A stretch of DNA of 64,000 bases, taken from contig OZ024743.1 of the NCBI GenBank assembly GCA_964016885.1, positions 92,814,001-92,878,000 on the forward strand, given 5' to 3'. Shown here in pieces: positions 52,461 to 64,000 of this stretch. Source of the DNA: Eledone cirrhosa (Eukaryota). The translations under genes were made by a program, and so were the position numbers. The notes beneath the pieces were generated by a model, which ran no database searches, was not told where the DNA came from, and was given only the letters and a program-made list of their open reading frames with translations. Each line of letters starts with the position of its first letter. Position 1 is the stretch's first letter.

Positions 52461-53218
52461 TTTAATTTTTTTTTTTTTTTTTTTTTCATTAATATCTTTA
52501 CAGAGCTATTTATTTTTTTTAGTTCGGTGACCGCTTAGGAAACCGAGCTGCTCTATACATTTCCATTTTTCTTTCTTTTAGTTTCTTTCTATTGCAAGCT
52601 TCTCTCGCCAATGTATGTTAGTTTCAAAATAATTAGGCACGCAAACTTTTTTCCTTTCTTTCAACCCTACCCTTCGCATAAACACCACTGCAAACGTCTT
52701 AAAAGCTACCGACTGCAAAATCAGAGTTTCTTGATAATTTCAGATATTTCAAACTTTTATTCCGTTCGCCTTCCGAAGTAGTGGGCCTGCTATATACTCT
52801 AGAAAATATTTATTGAACAGAGATGTGGCTGCTTTTTCTAGCAGGTAAAATTAGCACATTTCTTTAGAGCCGTTCGAATCGAACATTATCCACATCTGTA
52901 ATAATTAATTCGGAATGGGTATCGTAGCTAGTTATTTGGCCAAGTTATATAAACAAAAAGACAACATAAGTTTTAAAGACAGCAATATGGACAGCTATGC
53001 GACACTCTCGTAGTTAATAACGTGTGTTAATTTAAAAGTTAGATGAGATTTATGTAAAATTTTATTAAGCAACCTAAATTGCTTGAAAATACTGTGTTAT
53101 ACGGTTGAAAGTAGGAAAAATGTTTAATAGAAAATTAAAATATAAAAATTATCGTAAAAGAAAGGTGTTTAGTGAGTTGTTTTATACAATAAAACTATTA
53201 AATTCAGCATATGCTTTC

Positions 53219-53337
53219 GTTTACGGCCATATCACGCTGACAACACCGGTTCTCGTGCGATCACCGAAGTTAAGCAACGTCGAGCCTAGTTAGTACTTGG
53301 ATGGGTGACCGCCTGGGAACCCTAGGTGCCGTAAGGG
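53219..53337 (+). rRNA. RNA5S: 5S rRNA (C39G, C118G; altered terminator)
   Basis: Consensus + 2 SNPs; 3' flank reads TTTAATAA(T)13CTTT. Confidence 0.9.
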
Positions 53338-54089
53338 TTTAATAATTTTTTTTTTTTTCTTTAATATCTTTACAGAGCTATTTATTTTTTTTAGTTCGGT
53401 GACCGCTTAGGAAACCGAGCTGCTGTATACATTTCCATTTTTCTTTCTTTTAGTTTCTTTCTTTTGCAAGCTTCTCTCGCCAATGTATGTTAGTTTCAAA
53501 ATAATTAGGCACGCAAACTTTTTCCTTTCTTTCAACCCTACCCTTCGCATACACACCACTGCAAACGTCTTAAAAGCTACCGACTGCAAAATCAGAGTTT
53601 CTTGATAATTTCAGATATTTCAAACTTTTATTCCGTTCGCCTTCCGAAGTAGTGAGCCTGCTATATACTCTAGAAAATATTTATTGAACAGAGATTTGGC
53701 TGCTTTTTCTAGCAGGTAAAATTAGCACATTTCTTTAGAGCCATTCGAATCGAACATTATCCACATCTGTAACAATTAATTCGGAATGGGTATCGTAGCT
53801 AGTTATTTGGCCAAGTTATATAAACAAAAAGACAACATAAGTTTTAAAGACAGCAATATCGACAGCTATGCAACACTCTCGTAGTTAATAACGTGTGTTA
53901 ATTTAAAAGTTAGATGAGATTTATGTAAAATTATATTAAGCAACCTAAATTGCTTGAAAATACTGTGTTATACGGTTGAAAGTAAGAAAAATGTTTAATA
54001 GAAAATTAAAATATAAAAATTATCGTAAAAGAAAGGTGTTTAGTGAGTTGTTTTATACAATAAAACTATTAAATTCAGCATAAGCTTTC

Positions 54090-54208
54090 GTTTACGGCCA
54101 TATCACGCTGACAACACCGGTTCTCGTCCGATCACCGAAGTTAAGCAACGTCGAGCCTAGTTAGTACTTGGATGGGTGACCGCCTGGGAACCCTAGGTGC
54201 CGTAAGCG
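54090..54208 (+). rRNA. RNA5S: 5S rRNA
   Basis: Array consensus. Confidence 0.97.
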
Positions 54209-54967
54209 TTTAATTTTTTTTTTTTTTTTTTTTTTTCATTAATATCTTTACAGAGCTATTTATTTTTTTTAGTTCGGTGACCGCTTAGGAAACCGAGCTG
54301 CTCTATACATTTCCATTTTTCTTTCTTTTAGTTTCTTTCTTTTGCAAGCTTCTCTCGCCAATGTATGTTAGTTTCAAAATAATTAGGCACGCAAACTTTT
54401 TCCTTTCTTTCAACCCTACCCTTCGCATACACACCACTGCAAACGTCTTAAAAGCTACCGACTGCAAAATCAGAGTTTCTTGATAATTTCAGATATTTCA
54501 AACTTTTATTCCGTTCGCCTTCCGAAGTAGTGAGCCTGCTATATACTCTAGAAAATATTTATTGAACAGAGATTTGGCTGCTTTTTCTAGCAGGTAAAAT
54601 TAGCACATTTCTTTAGAGCCATTCGAATCGAACATTATCCACATCTGTAACAATTAATTCGGAATGGGTATCGTAGCTAGTTATTTGGCCAAGTTATATA
54701 AACAAAAAGACAACATAAGTTTTAAAGACAGCAATATCGACAGCTATGCAACACTCTCGTAGTTAATAACGTGTGTTAATTTAAAAGTTAGATGAGATTT
54801 ATGTAAAATTATATTAAGCAACCTAAATTGCTTGAAAATACTGTGTTATACGGTTGAAAGTAAGAAAAATGTTTAATAGAAAATTAAAATATAAAAATTA
54901 TCGTAAAAGAAAGGTGTTTAGTGAGTTGTTTTATACAATAAAACTATTAAATTCAGCATAAGCTTTC

Positions 54968-55086
54968 GTTTACGGCCATATCACGCTGACAACACCGGTT
55001 CTCGTCCGATCACCGAAGTTAAGCAACGTTGAGCCTAGTTAGTACTTGGATGGGTGACCGCCTGGGAACCCTAGGTGCCGTAAGCG
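54968..55086 (+). rRNA. RNA5S: 5S rRNA (C63T)
   Basis: Consensus + 1 SNP. Confidence 0.95.
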
Positions 55087-55837
55087 TTTAATTTTTTTTT
55101 TTTTTTTCATTAATATCTTTACAGAGCTATTTATTTTTTTTAGTTCGGTGACCGCTTAGGAAACCGAGCTGCTGTATACATTTCCATTTTTCTTTCTTTT
55201 AGTTTCTTTCTTTTGCAAGCTTCTCTCGCCAATGTATGTTAGTTTCGAAATAATTAGGCACGCAAACTTTTTCCTTTCTTTCAACCTTACCCTTCGGATA
55301 CACACCACTGCAAACGTTTTAAAAGCTACCGACTGCAAAATCAGAGTTTCTTGATAATTTCAGATATTTCAAACTTTTATTCCGTTCGCCTTCCGAAGTA
55401 GTGAGCCTGCTATATACTCTAGAAAATATTTATTGAACAGAGATTTGGCTGCTTTTTCTAGCAGGTAAAATTAGCACATATCTTTAGAGCCGTTCGAATC
55501 GAACATTATCCACATCTGTAATAATTAATTCGGAATGGGTATCGTAGCTAGTTATTTGGCCAAGTTATATAAACAAAAAACAACATAAGTTTTAAAGACG
55601 GCAATATCGACAGCTATGCAACACTCTCGTAGTTAATAACGTGTGTTAATTTAAAAGTTAGATGAGATTTATGTAAAATTTTATTAAGCAACCTAAATTG
55701 CTTGAAAATACTGTGTTATACGGTTGAAAGTAAGAAAAATGTTTAATAGAAAATTAAAATATAAAAATTATCGTAAAAGAAAGGTGTTTAGTGAGTTGTT
55801 TTATACAATAAAACTATTAAATTCAGCATAAGCTTTC

Positions 55838-55956
55838 GTTTACGGCCATATCACGCTGACAACACCGGTTCTCGTCCGATCACCGAAGTTAAGCAACGTC
55901 GAGCCTAGTTAGTACTTGGATGGGTGACCGCCTGGGAACCCTAGGTGCCGTAAGCG
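55838..55956 (+). rRNA. RNA5S: 5S rRNA
   Basis: Array consensus. Confidence 0.97.
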
Positions 55957-56708
55957 TTTAATTTTTTTTTTTTTTTTCATTAATATCTTTACAGAGCTAT
56001 TTATTTTTTTTAGTTCGGTGACCGCTTAGGAAACCGAGCTGCTCTATACATTTCCATTTTTCTTTCTGTTAGTTTCTTTCTTTTGCAAGCTTCTCTCGCC
56101 AATGTCTGTTAGTTTCAAAATAATTAGGCACGCAAACTTTTTCCTTTCTTTCAACCCTACCCTTCGCATACACACCACTGCAAACGCCTTAAAAGCTACC
56201 GACTGCAAAAACAGAGTTTCTTGATAATTTCAGATATTTCAAACTTTTATTCCGTTCGCCTTCCGAAGTAGTGAGCCTGCTATATACTCTAGAAAATATT
56301 TATTGAACAGAGATTTGGCTGCTTTTTCTAGCAGGTAAAATTAGCACATTTCTTTAGAGCCGTTCGAATCGAACATTATCCACATCTGTAATAATTAATT
56401 CGGAATGGGTATCGTAGCTAGTTATTTGGCCAAGTTATATAAACAAAAAGACAACATAAGTTTTAAAGACAGCAATATCGACAGCTATGCGACACTCTCG
56501 TAGTTAATAACGTGTGTTAATTTAAAAGTTAGATGAGATTTATGTAAAATTTTATTAAGCAACCTAAATTGCTTGAAAATACTGTGTTATACGGTTGAAA
56601 GTAAGAAAAATGTTTAATAGAAAATTAAAATATAAAAATTATCGTAAAAGAAAGGTGTTTAGTGAGTTGTTTTATACAATAAAACTATTAAATTCAGCAT
56701 AAGCTTTC

Positions 56709-56827
56709 GTTTACGGCCATATCACGCTGACAACACCGGTTCTCGTCCGATCACCGAAGTTAAGCAACGTCGAGCCTAGTTAGTACTTGTATGGGTGACC
56801 GACTGGGAACCCTAGGTGCTGTAGGCG
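56709..56827 (+). rRNA. RNA5S: 5S rRNA, partial divergent isoform (G82T, C94A, C112T, A116G)
   Basis: Consensus 5' half with isoform 3' half; all 4 changes keep pairing. Confidence 0.9.
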
Positions 56828-57580
56828 TTTAATTTTTTTTTTTTTTTTCATTAATATCTTTACAGAGCTATTTATTTTTTTTAGTTCGGTGACCGCTTAG
56901 GAAACCGAGCTGCTGTATACATTTCCATTTTTCTTTCTTTTAGTTTCTTTCTTTTGCAAGCTTCTCTCGCCAATGTCTGTTAGTTTCAAAATAATTAGGC
57001 ACGCAAACTTTTTTCCTTTCTTTCAACCCTACCCTTCGCATACACACCACTGCAAACGTCTTAAAAGCTACCGACTGCAAAATCAGAGTTTCTTGATAAT
57101 TTCAGATATTTCAAACTTTTATTCCGTTCGCCTTCCGAAGTAGTGAGCCTGCTGTATACTCTAGAAAATATTTATTGAACAGAGATTTGGCTGCTTTTTC
57201 TAGCAGGTAAAATTAGCACATTTCTTTAGAGCCGTTAGAATCGAACATTATCCACATCTGTAATAATTAATTCGGAATGGGTATCGTAGCTAGTTATTTG
57301 GCCAAGTTATATAAACAAAAAGACAACATAAGTTTTAAAGACAGCAATATGGACAGCTATGCGACACTCTCGTAGTTAATAACGTGTGTTAATTTAAAAG
57401 TTAGATGAGATTTATGTAAAATTTTATTAAGCAACCTAAATTGCTTGAAAATACTGTGTTATACGGTTGAAAGTAAGAAAAATGTTTAATAGAAAATTAA
57501 AATATAAAAATTATCGTAAAAGAAAGGTGTTTAGTGAGTTGTTTTATCCAATAAAACTATTAAATTCAGCATATGCTTTC

Positions 57581-57699
57581 GTTTACGGCCATATCACGCT
57601 GACAACACCGGTTCTCGTGCGATCACCGAAGTTAAGCAACGTCGAGCCTAGTTAGTACTTGGATGGGTGACCGCCTGGGAACCCTAGGTGCCGTAAGCG
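57581..57699 (+). rRNA. RNA5S: 5S rRNA (C39G)
   Basis: Consensus + 1 SNP. Confidence 0.94.
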
Positions 57700-58450
57700 T
57701 TTAATTTTTTTTTTTTTTTCATTAATATCTTTACAGAGCTATTTATTCTTTTTAGTTCGGTGACCGCTTAGGAAACCGAGCTGCTGTATACATTTCCATT
57801 TTTCTTTCTTTTAGTTTCTTTCTTTTGCAAGCTTCTCTCGCCAATGTATGTTAGTTTCAAAATAATTAGGCACGCAAACTTTTTCCTTTCTTTCAACCCT
57901 ACCCTTCGCATACACACCACTGCAAACGTCTCAAAAGCTACCGACTGCAAAATCAGAGTTTCTTGATAATTTCAGATATTTCAAACTTTTATTCCGTTCG
58001 CCTTCCGAAGTAGTGAGCCTGCTATATACTCTAGAAAATATTTATTGAACAGAGATTTGGCTGCTTTTTCTAGCAGGTAAAATTAGCACATTTCTTTAGA
58101 GCCATTCGAATCGAACATTATCCACATCTGTAACAATTAATTCGGAATGGGTATCGTAGCTAGTTATTTGGCCAAGTTGTATAAACAAAAAGACAACATA
58201 AGTTTTAAAGACAGCAATATCGACAGCTATGCAACACTCTCGTAGTTAATAACGTGTGTTAATTTAAAAGTTAGATGAGATTTATGTAAAATTATATTAA
58301 GCAACCTAAATTGCTTGAAAATACTGTGTTATACGGTTGAAAGTAAGAAAAATGTTTAATAGAAAATTAAAATATAAAAATTATCGTAAAAGAAAGGTGT
58401 TTAGTGAGTTGTTTTATACAATAAAACTATTAAATTCAGCATAAGCTTTC

Positions 58451-58569
58451 GTTTACGGCCATATCACGCTGACAACACCGGTTCTCGTCCGATCACCGAA
58501 GTTAAGCAACGTCGAGCCTAGTTAGTACTTGGATGGGTGACCGCCTGGGAACCCTAGGTGCCGTAAGCG
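58451..58569 (+). rRNA. RNA5S: 5S rRNA
   Basis: Array consensus. Confidence 0.97.
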
Positions 58570-59328
58570 TTTAATTTTTTTTTTTTTTTTTTTTTTTCAT
58601 TAATATCTTTACAGAGCTATTTATTTTTTTTAGTTCGGTGACCGCTTAGGAAACCGAGCTGCTCTATACATTTCCATTTTTCTTTCTTTTAGTTTCTTTC
58701 TTTTGCAAGCTTCTCTCGCCAATGTATGTTAGTTTCAAAATAATTAGGCACGCAAACTTTTTCCTTTCTTTCAACCCTACCCTTCGCATACACACCACTG
58801 CAAACGTCTTAAAAGCTACCGACTGCAAAATCAGAGTTTCTTGATAATTTCAGATATTTCAAACTTTTATTCCGTTCGCCTTCCGAAGTAGTGAGCCTGC
58901 TATATACTCTAGAAAATATTTATTGAACAGAGATTTGGCTGCTTTTTCTAGCAGGTAAAATTAGCACATTTCTTTAGAGCCATTCGAATCGAATATTATC
59001 CACATCTGTAACAATTAATTCGGAATGGGTATCGTAGCTAGTTATTTGGCCAAGTTATATAAACAAAAAGACAACATAAGTTTTAAAGACAGCAATATCG
59101 ACAGCTATGCAACACTCTCGTAGTTAATAACGTGTGTTAATTTAAAAGTTAGATGAGATTTATGTAAAATTTTATTAAGCAACCTAAATTGCTTGAAAAT
59201 ACTGTGTTATACGGTTGAAAGTAAGAAAAATGTTTAATAGAAAATTAAAATATAAAAATTATCGTAAAAGAAAGGTGTTTAGTGAGTTGTTTTATACAAT
59301 AAAACTATTAAATTCAGCATAAGCTTTC

Positions 59329-59447
59329 GTTTACGGCCATATCACGCTGACAACACCGGTTCTCGTCCGATCACCGAAGTTAAGCAACGTCGAGCCTAGT
59401 TAGTACTTGGATGGGTGACCGCCTGGGAACCCTAGGTGCCGTAAGCG
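59329..59447 (+). rRNA. RNA5S: 5S rRNA
   Basis: Array consensus. Confidence 0.97.
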
Positions 59448-60206
59448 TTTAATTTTTTTTTTTTTTTTTTTTTTTCATTAATATCTTTACAGAGCTATTT
59501 ATTTTTTTTAGTTCGGTGACCGCTTAGGAAACCGAGCTGCTCTATACATTTCCATTTTTCTTTCTTTTAGTTTCTTTCTTTTGCAAGCTTCTCTCGCCAA
59601 TGTATGTTAGTTTCAAAATAATTAGGCACGCAAACTTTTTCCTTTCTTTCAACCCTACCCTTCGCATACACACCACTGCAAACGTCTTAAAAGCTACCGA
59701 CTGCAAAATCAGAGTTTCTTGATAATTTCAGATATTTCAAACTTTTATTCCGTTCGCCTTCCGAAGTAGTGAGCCTGCTATATACTCTAGAAAATATTTA
59801 TTGAACAGAGATTTGGCTGCTTTTTCTAGCAGGTAAAATTAGCACATTTCTTTAGAGCCATTCGAATCGAATATTATCCACATCTGTAACAATTAATTCG
59901 GAATGGGTATCGTAGCTAGTTATTTGGCCAAGTTATATAAACAAAAAGACAACATAAGTTTTAAAGACAGCAATATCGACAGCTATGCAACACTCTCGTA
60001 GTTAATAACGTGTGTTAATTTAAAAGTTAGATGAGATTTATGTAAAATTTTATTAAGCAACCTAAATTGCTTGAAAATACTGTGTTATACGGTTGAAAGT
60101 AAGAAAAATGTTTAATAGAAAATTAAAATATAAAAATTATCGTAAAAGAAAGGTGTTTAGTGAGTTGTTTTATACAATAAAACTATTAAATTCAGCATAA
60201 GCTTTC

Positions 60207-60325
60207 GTTTACGGCCATATCACGCTGACAACACCGGTACTCGTCCGATCACCGAAGTTAAGCAACGTCGAGCCTAGTTAGTACTTGGATGGGTGACCGC
60301 CTGGGAACCCTAGGTGCCGTAAGCG
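60207..60325 (+). rRNA. RNA5S: 5S rRNA (T33A)
   Basis: Consensus + 1 SNP. Confidence 0.94.
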
Positions 60326-61085
60326 TTTAATTTTTTTTTTTTTTTTTTTTTTTTCATTAATATCTTTACAGAGCTATTTATTTTTTTTAGTTCGGTGACC
60401 GCTTAGGAAACCGAGCTGCTCTATACATTTCCATTTTTCTTTCTTTTAGTTTCTTTCTTTTGCAAGCTTCTCTCGCCAATGTATGTTAGTTTCAAAATAA
60501 TTAGGCATGCAAACTTTTTCCTTTCTTTCAACCCTACCCTTCGCATACACACCACTGCAAACGTCTTAAAAGCTACCGACTGCAAAATCAGAGTTTCTTG
60601 ATAATTTCAGATATTTCAAACTTTTATTCCGTTCGCCTTCCGAAGTAGTGAGCCTGCTGTATACTCTAGAAAATATTTATTGAACAGAGATTTGGCTGCT
60701 TTTTCTAGCAGGTAAAATTAGCACATTTCTTTAGAGCCGTTCGAATCGAACATTATCCACATCTGTAATAATTAATTCGGAATGGGTATCGTAGCTAGTT
60801 ATTTGGCCAAGTTATATAAACAAAAAGACAACATAAGTTTTAAAGACAGCAATATCGACAGCTATGCGACACTCTCGTAGTTAATAACGTGTGTTAATTT
60901 AAAAGTTAGATGAGATTTATGTAAAATTTTATTAAGCAATCTAAATTGCTTGAAAATACTGTGTTATACGGTTGAAAGTAAGAAAAATGTTTAATAGAAA
61001 GTTAAAATATAAAAATTATCGTAAAAGAAAGGTGTTTAGTGAGTTGTTTTATACAATAAAACTATTAAATTCAGCATAAGCTTTC

Positions 61086-61204
61086 GTTTACGGCCATATC
61101 ACGCTGACAACACCGGTTCTCGTCCGATCACCGAAGTTAAGCAACGTCGAGCCTAGTTAGTACTTGGATGGGTGACCGCCTGGGAACCCTAGGTGCCGTA
61201 AGCG
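61086..61204 (+). rRNA. RNA5S: 5S rRNA
   Basis: Array consensus. Confidence 0.97.
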
Positions 61205-61961
61205 TTTAATTTTTTTTTTTTTTTTTTTTTTCATTAATATCTTTACAGAGCTATTTATTTTTTTAGTTCGGTGACCGCTTAGGAATCCGAGCTGCTCTAT
61301 ACATTTCCATTTTTCTTTCTTTTAGTTTCTTTCTTTTGCAAGCTTCTCTCGCCAATGTATGTTAGTTTCAAAATAATTAGGCACGCAAACTTTTTCCTTT
61401 CTTTCAACCCTACACTTCGCATACACACCACTGCAAACGTCTTAAAAGCTACCGACTGCAAAAACAGAGTTTCTTGATAATTTCAGATATTTCAAACTTT
61501 TATTCCGTTCGCCTTCCGAAGTAGTGAGCCTGCTATATACTCTAGAAAATATTTATTGAACAGAGATTTGGCTGCTTTTTCTAGCAGGTAAAATTAGCAC
61601 ATTTCTTTAGAGCCGTTCGAATCGAACATTATCCACATCTGTAATAATTAATTCGGAATGGGTATCGTAGCTAGTTATTTGGCCAAGTTATATAAACAAA
61701 AAGACAACATAAGTTTTAAAGACAGCAATATCGACAGCTATGCGACACTCTCGTAGTTAATAACGTGTGTTAATTTAAAAGTTAGATGAGATTTATGTAA
61801 AATTTTATTAAGCAACCTAAATTGCTTGAAAATACTGTGTTATACGGTTGAAAGTAAGAAAAATGTTTAATAGAAAATTAAAATATAAAAATTATCGTAA
61901 AAGAAAGGTGTTTAGTGAGTTGTTTTATACAATAAAACTATTAAATTCAGCATAAGCTTTC

Positions 61962-62080
61962 GTTTACGGCCATATCACCCTGACAACACCGGTTCTCGTC
62001 CGATCACCGAAGTTAAGCAACGTCGAGCCTAGTTAGTACTTGGATGGGTGACCGCCTGGGAACCCTAGGTGCCGTAAGCG
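61962..62080 (+). rRNA. RNA5S: 5S rRNA (G18C)
   Basis: Consensus + 1 helix-breaking SNP. Confidence 0.92.
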
Positions 62081-62832
62081 TTTAATTTTTTTTTTTTTTT
62101 TTTTTTTTTCATTAATATCTTTACAGAGCTATTTATTTTTTTTTAGTTCGGTGACCGCTTAGGAAACCGAGCTGCTGTATACATTTCCATTTTTCTTTGT
62201 TTTAGTTTCTTTCTTTTGCAAGCTTCTCTCGCCAATGTCTTAGTTTCAAAATAATTAGGCACGCAAACTTTTTCCTTTCTTTCAACCCTACCCTTCGCAT
62301 ACACACCACTGCAAACGTCTTAAAAGCTACCGACTGCAAAAACAGAGTTTCTTGATAATTTCAGATATTTCAAACTTTTATTCCGTTCGCCTTCCGAAGT
62401 AGTGAGCCTGCTATATACTCTAGAAAATATTTATTGAACAGAGATTTGGCTGCTTTTTCTAGCAGGTAAAATTAGCACATTTCTTTAGAGCCGTTCGAAT
62501 CGAACATTATCCACATCTGTAATAATTAATTCGGAATGGGTATCGTAGCTAGTTATTTGGCCAAGTTATATAAACAAAAAGACAACATAAGTTTTAAAGA
62601 CAGCAATATCGACATCTTTGCGACACTCTCGTAGTTAATAACGTGTGTTAATTTAAATGTTAGATGAGATTTATGTAAAATTTTATTAAGCAACCTAAAT
62701 TGCTTGAAAATACTGTGTTATACGGTTGAAAGTAAGAAAAATGTTTAATTAAAATATAAAAATTATCGTAAAAGAAAGGTGTTTAGTGAGTTGTTTTATA
62801 CAATAAAACTATTAAATTCAGCATAAGCTTTC

Positions 62833-62951
62833 GTTTACGGCCATATCACGCTGACAACACCGGTTCTCGTCCGATCACCGAAGTTAAGTAACGTCGAGCC
62901 TAGTTAGTACTTGGATGGGTGACCGCTTGGGAACCCTAGGTGCCGTAAGCG
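62833..62951 (+). rRNA. RNA5S: 5S rRNA (C57T, C95T)
   Basis: Consensus + 2 SNPs, both G-C to G-U. Confidence 0.93.
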
Positions 62952-63710
62952 TTTAATTTTTTTTTTTTTTTTTTTTTTTCATTAATATCTTTACAGAGCT
63001 ATTTATTTTTTTTAGTTCGGTGACCGCTTAGGAAACCGAGCTGCTGTATACATTTCCATTTTTCTTTCTTTTAGTTTCTTTCTTTTGCAAGCTTCTCTCG
63101 CCAATGTATTTTAGTTTCAAAATAATTAGGCACGCAAACTTTTTCCTTTCTTTCAACCCTACCCTTCGCATACACACCACTGCAAACGTCTTAAAAGCTA
63201 CCGACTACAAAATCAGAGTTTCTTGATAATTTCAGATATTTCAAACTTTTATTCCGTTCGCCTTCCGAAGTAGTGAGCCTGCTATATACTCTAGAAAATA
63301 TCTATTGAACAGAGATTTGGCTGCTTTTTCTAGCAGGTAAAATTAGCACATTTATTTAGAGCCATTCGAATCGAACATTATCCACATCTGTAATAATTAA
63401 TTCGGAATGGGTATCGTAGCTAGTTATTTGGCCAAGTTATATAAACAAAAAGACAACATAAGTTTTAAAGACAGCGATATCGACAGCTATGCGACACTCT
63501 CGTAGTTAATAACGTGTGTTAATTTAAAAGTTAGATGAGATTTATGTAAAATTTTATTAAGCAACCTAAATTGCTTGAAAATACTGTGTTATACGGTTGA
63601 AAGTAAGAAAAATGTTTAATAGAAAATTAAAATATAAAAATTATCGTAAAAGAAAGGTGTTTAGTGAGTTGTTTTATACAATAAAACTATTAAATTCAGC
63701 ATAAGCTTTC

Positions 63711-63829
63711 GTTTACGGCCATATCACGCTGACAACACCGGTTCTCGTCCGATCACCGAAGTTAAGCAACGTCAAGCCTAGTTAGTACTTGGATGGGCGA
63801 CCGCCTGGGAACCCTAGGTGCCGTAAGCG
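63711..63829 (+). rRNA. RNA5S: 5S rRNA (G64A, T88C)
   Basis: Consensus + 2 SNPs. Confidence 0.92.
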
Positions 63830-64000
63830 TTTAATTTTTTTTTTTTTTCATTAATATCTTTACAGAGCTATTTATTTTTTTTAGTTCGGTGACCGCTTAG
63901 GAAACCGAGCTGCTCTATACATTTCCATTTTTCTTCTTTTAGTTTCTTTCTTTTGCAAGCTTCTCTCGCCAATGTCTGTTAGTTTCAAAATAATTAGGCA

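Larger units (their letters stand above)
42850..53340 (+). repeat. Higher-order repeat: 2 x 6-unit block (5248 bp), internally ABABCD
   Basis: Constant 5248-bp offset (43594/48842, 47971/53219), with an internal 1750-bp dimer. Confidence 0.92.
1..64000 (+). repeat. Tandem 5S rDNA array, ~874 bp monomer (119-bp gene + ~750-bp spacer), 73 full genes + 1 partial, same orientation, runs off both window edges
   Basis: Gene starts recur from 810 to 63711 (72 intervals, mean ~873.6 bp). Units are near-identical and length differences come mostly from the poly-T tract. Confidence 0.99.

Noticed and set aside
47857-57655. 62-aa ORF MKV...VEPS (3 copies)
   Set aside because: It appears only because a TAA>TAT SNP removes a stop, and it reads into the 5S gene.
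1004-57950. Recurrent 60-aa minus-strand ORF (MQSVAF...) and 61-aa plus-strand ORF (MLYTFP...)
   Set aside because: They have non-ATG starts and low-complexity K/R or F content dictated by a pyrimidine tract. They overlap the 5S relic and are freely broken by stops or frameshifts in many units. Their recurrence only reflects the repeat.
1-64000. CRISPR array, transposon insertion or 5S-targeting retroelement
   Set aside because: Spacers are near-identical rather than unique. Every gene-to-gene interval is 870-882 bp, leaving no room for an insertion or inversion.
1-64000. Linked 5.8S/18S/28S, histone or U2/U5/U6 genes in the spacer
   Set aside because: I recognise no motifs of these on either strand of the ~750-bp spacer. 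A cmscan would be needed to exclude divergent RNAs.

Overview
The whole 64 kb window is one head-to-tail eukaryotic 5S rDNA array on the + strand. It holds 73 complete 119-nt 5S rRNA genes plus a 3' partial copy at the left edge, with a monomer of about 870-882 bp and an AT-rich spacer of about 750 bp. The gene is animal-type and, from memory, mollusc/cephalopod-like; this is unverified. No protein-coding gene is supported, and the ORF track is an artefact of the repeat. Four points stand out. (1) Three copies (31369, 40097 and partly 56709) encode a divergent 5S isoform whose changes mostly preserve the fold, including a compensatory G82-C94 to U82-A94 swap inside the TFIIIA C-box. (2) Every spacer carries a decayed copy of the 5S 3' end just after the terminator. 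(3) Diagnostic SNPs and poly-T lengths reveal nested higher-order repeats (2-, 3-, 4-, 6- and 9/10-mers) and recombinant units. (4) A structured spacer segment is a weak candidate for a linked small RNA. All variant calls were read by eye. Positions like G82 use 5S numbering with +1 = first G of GTTTACGGCC.
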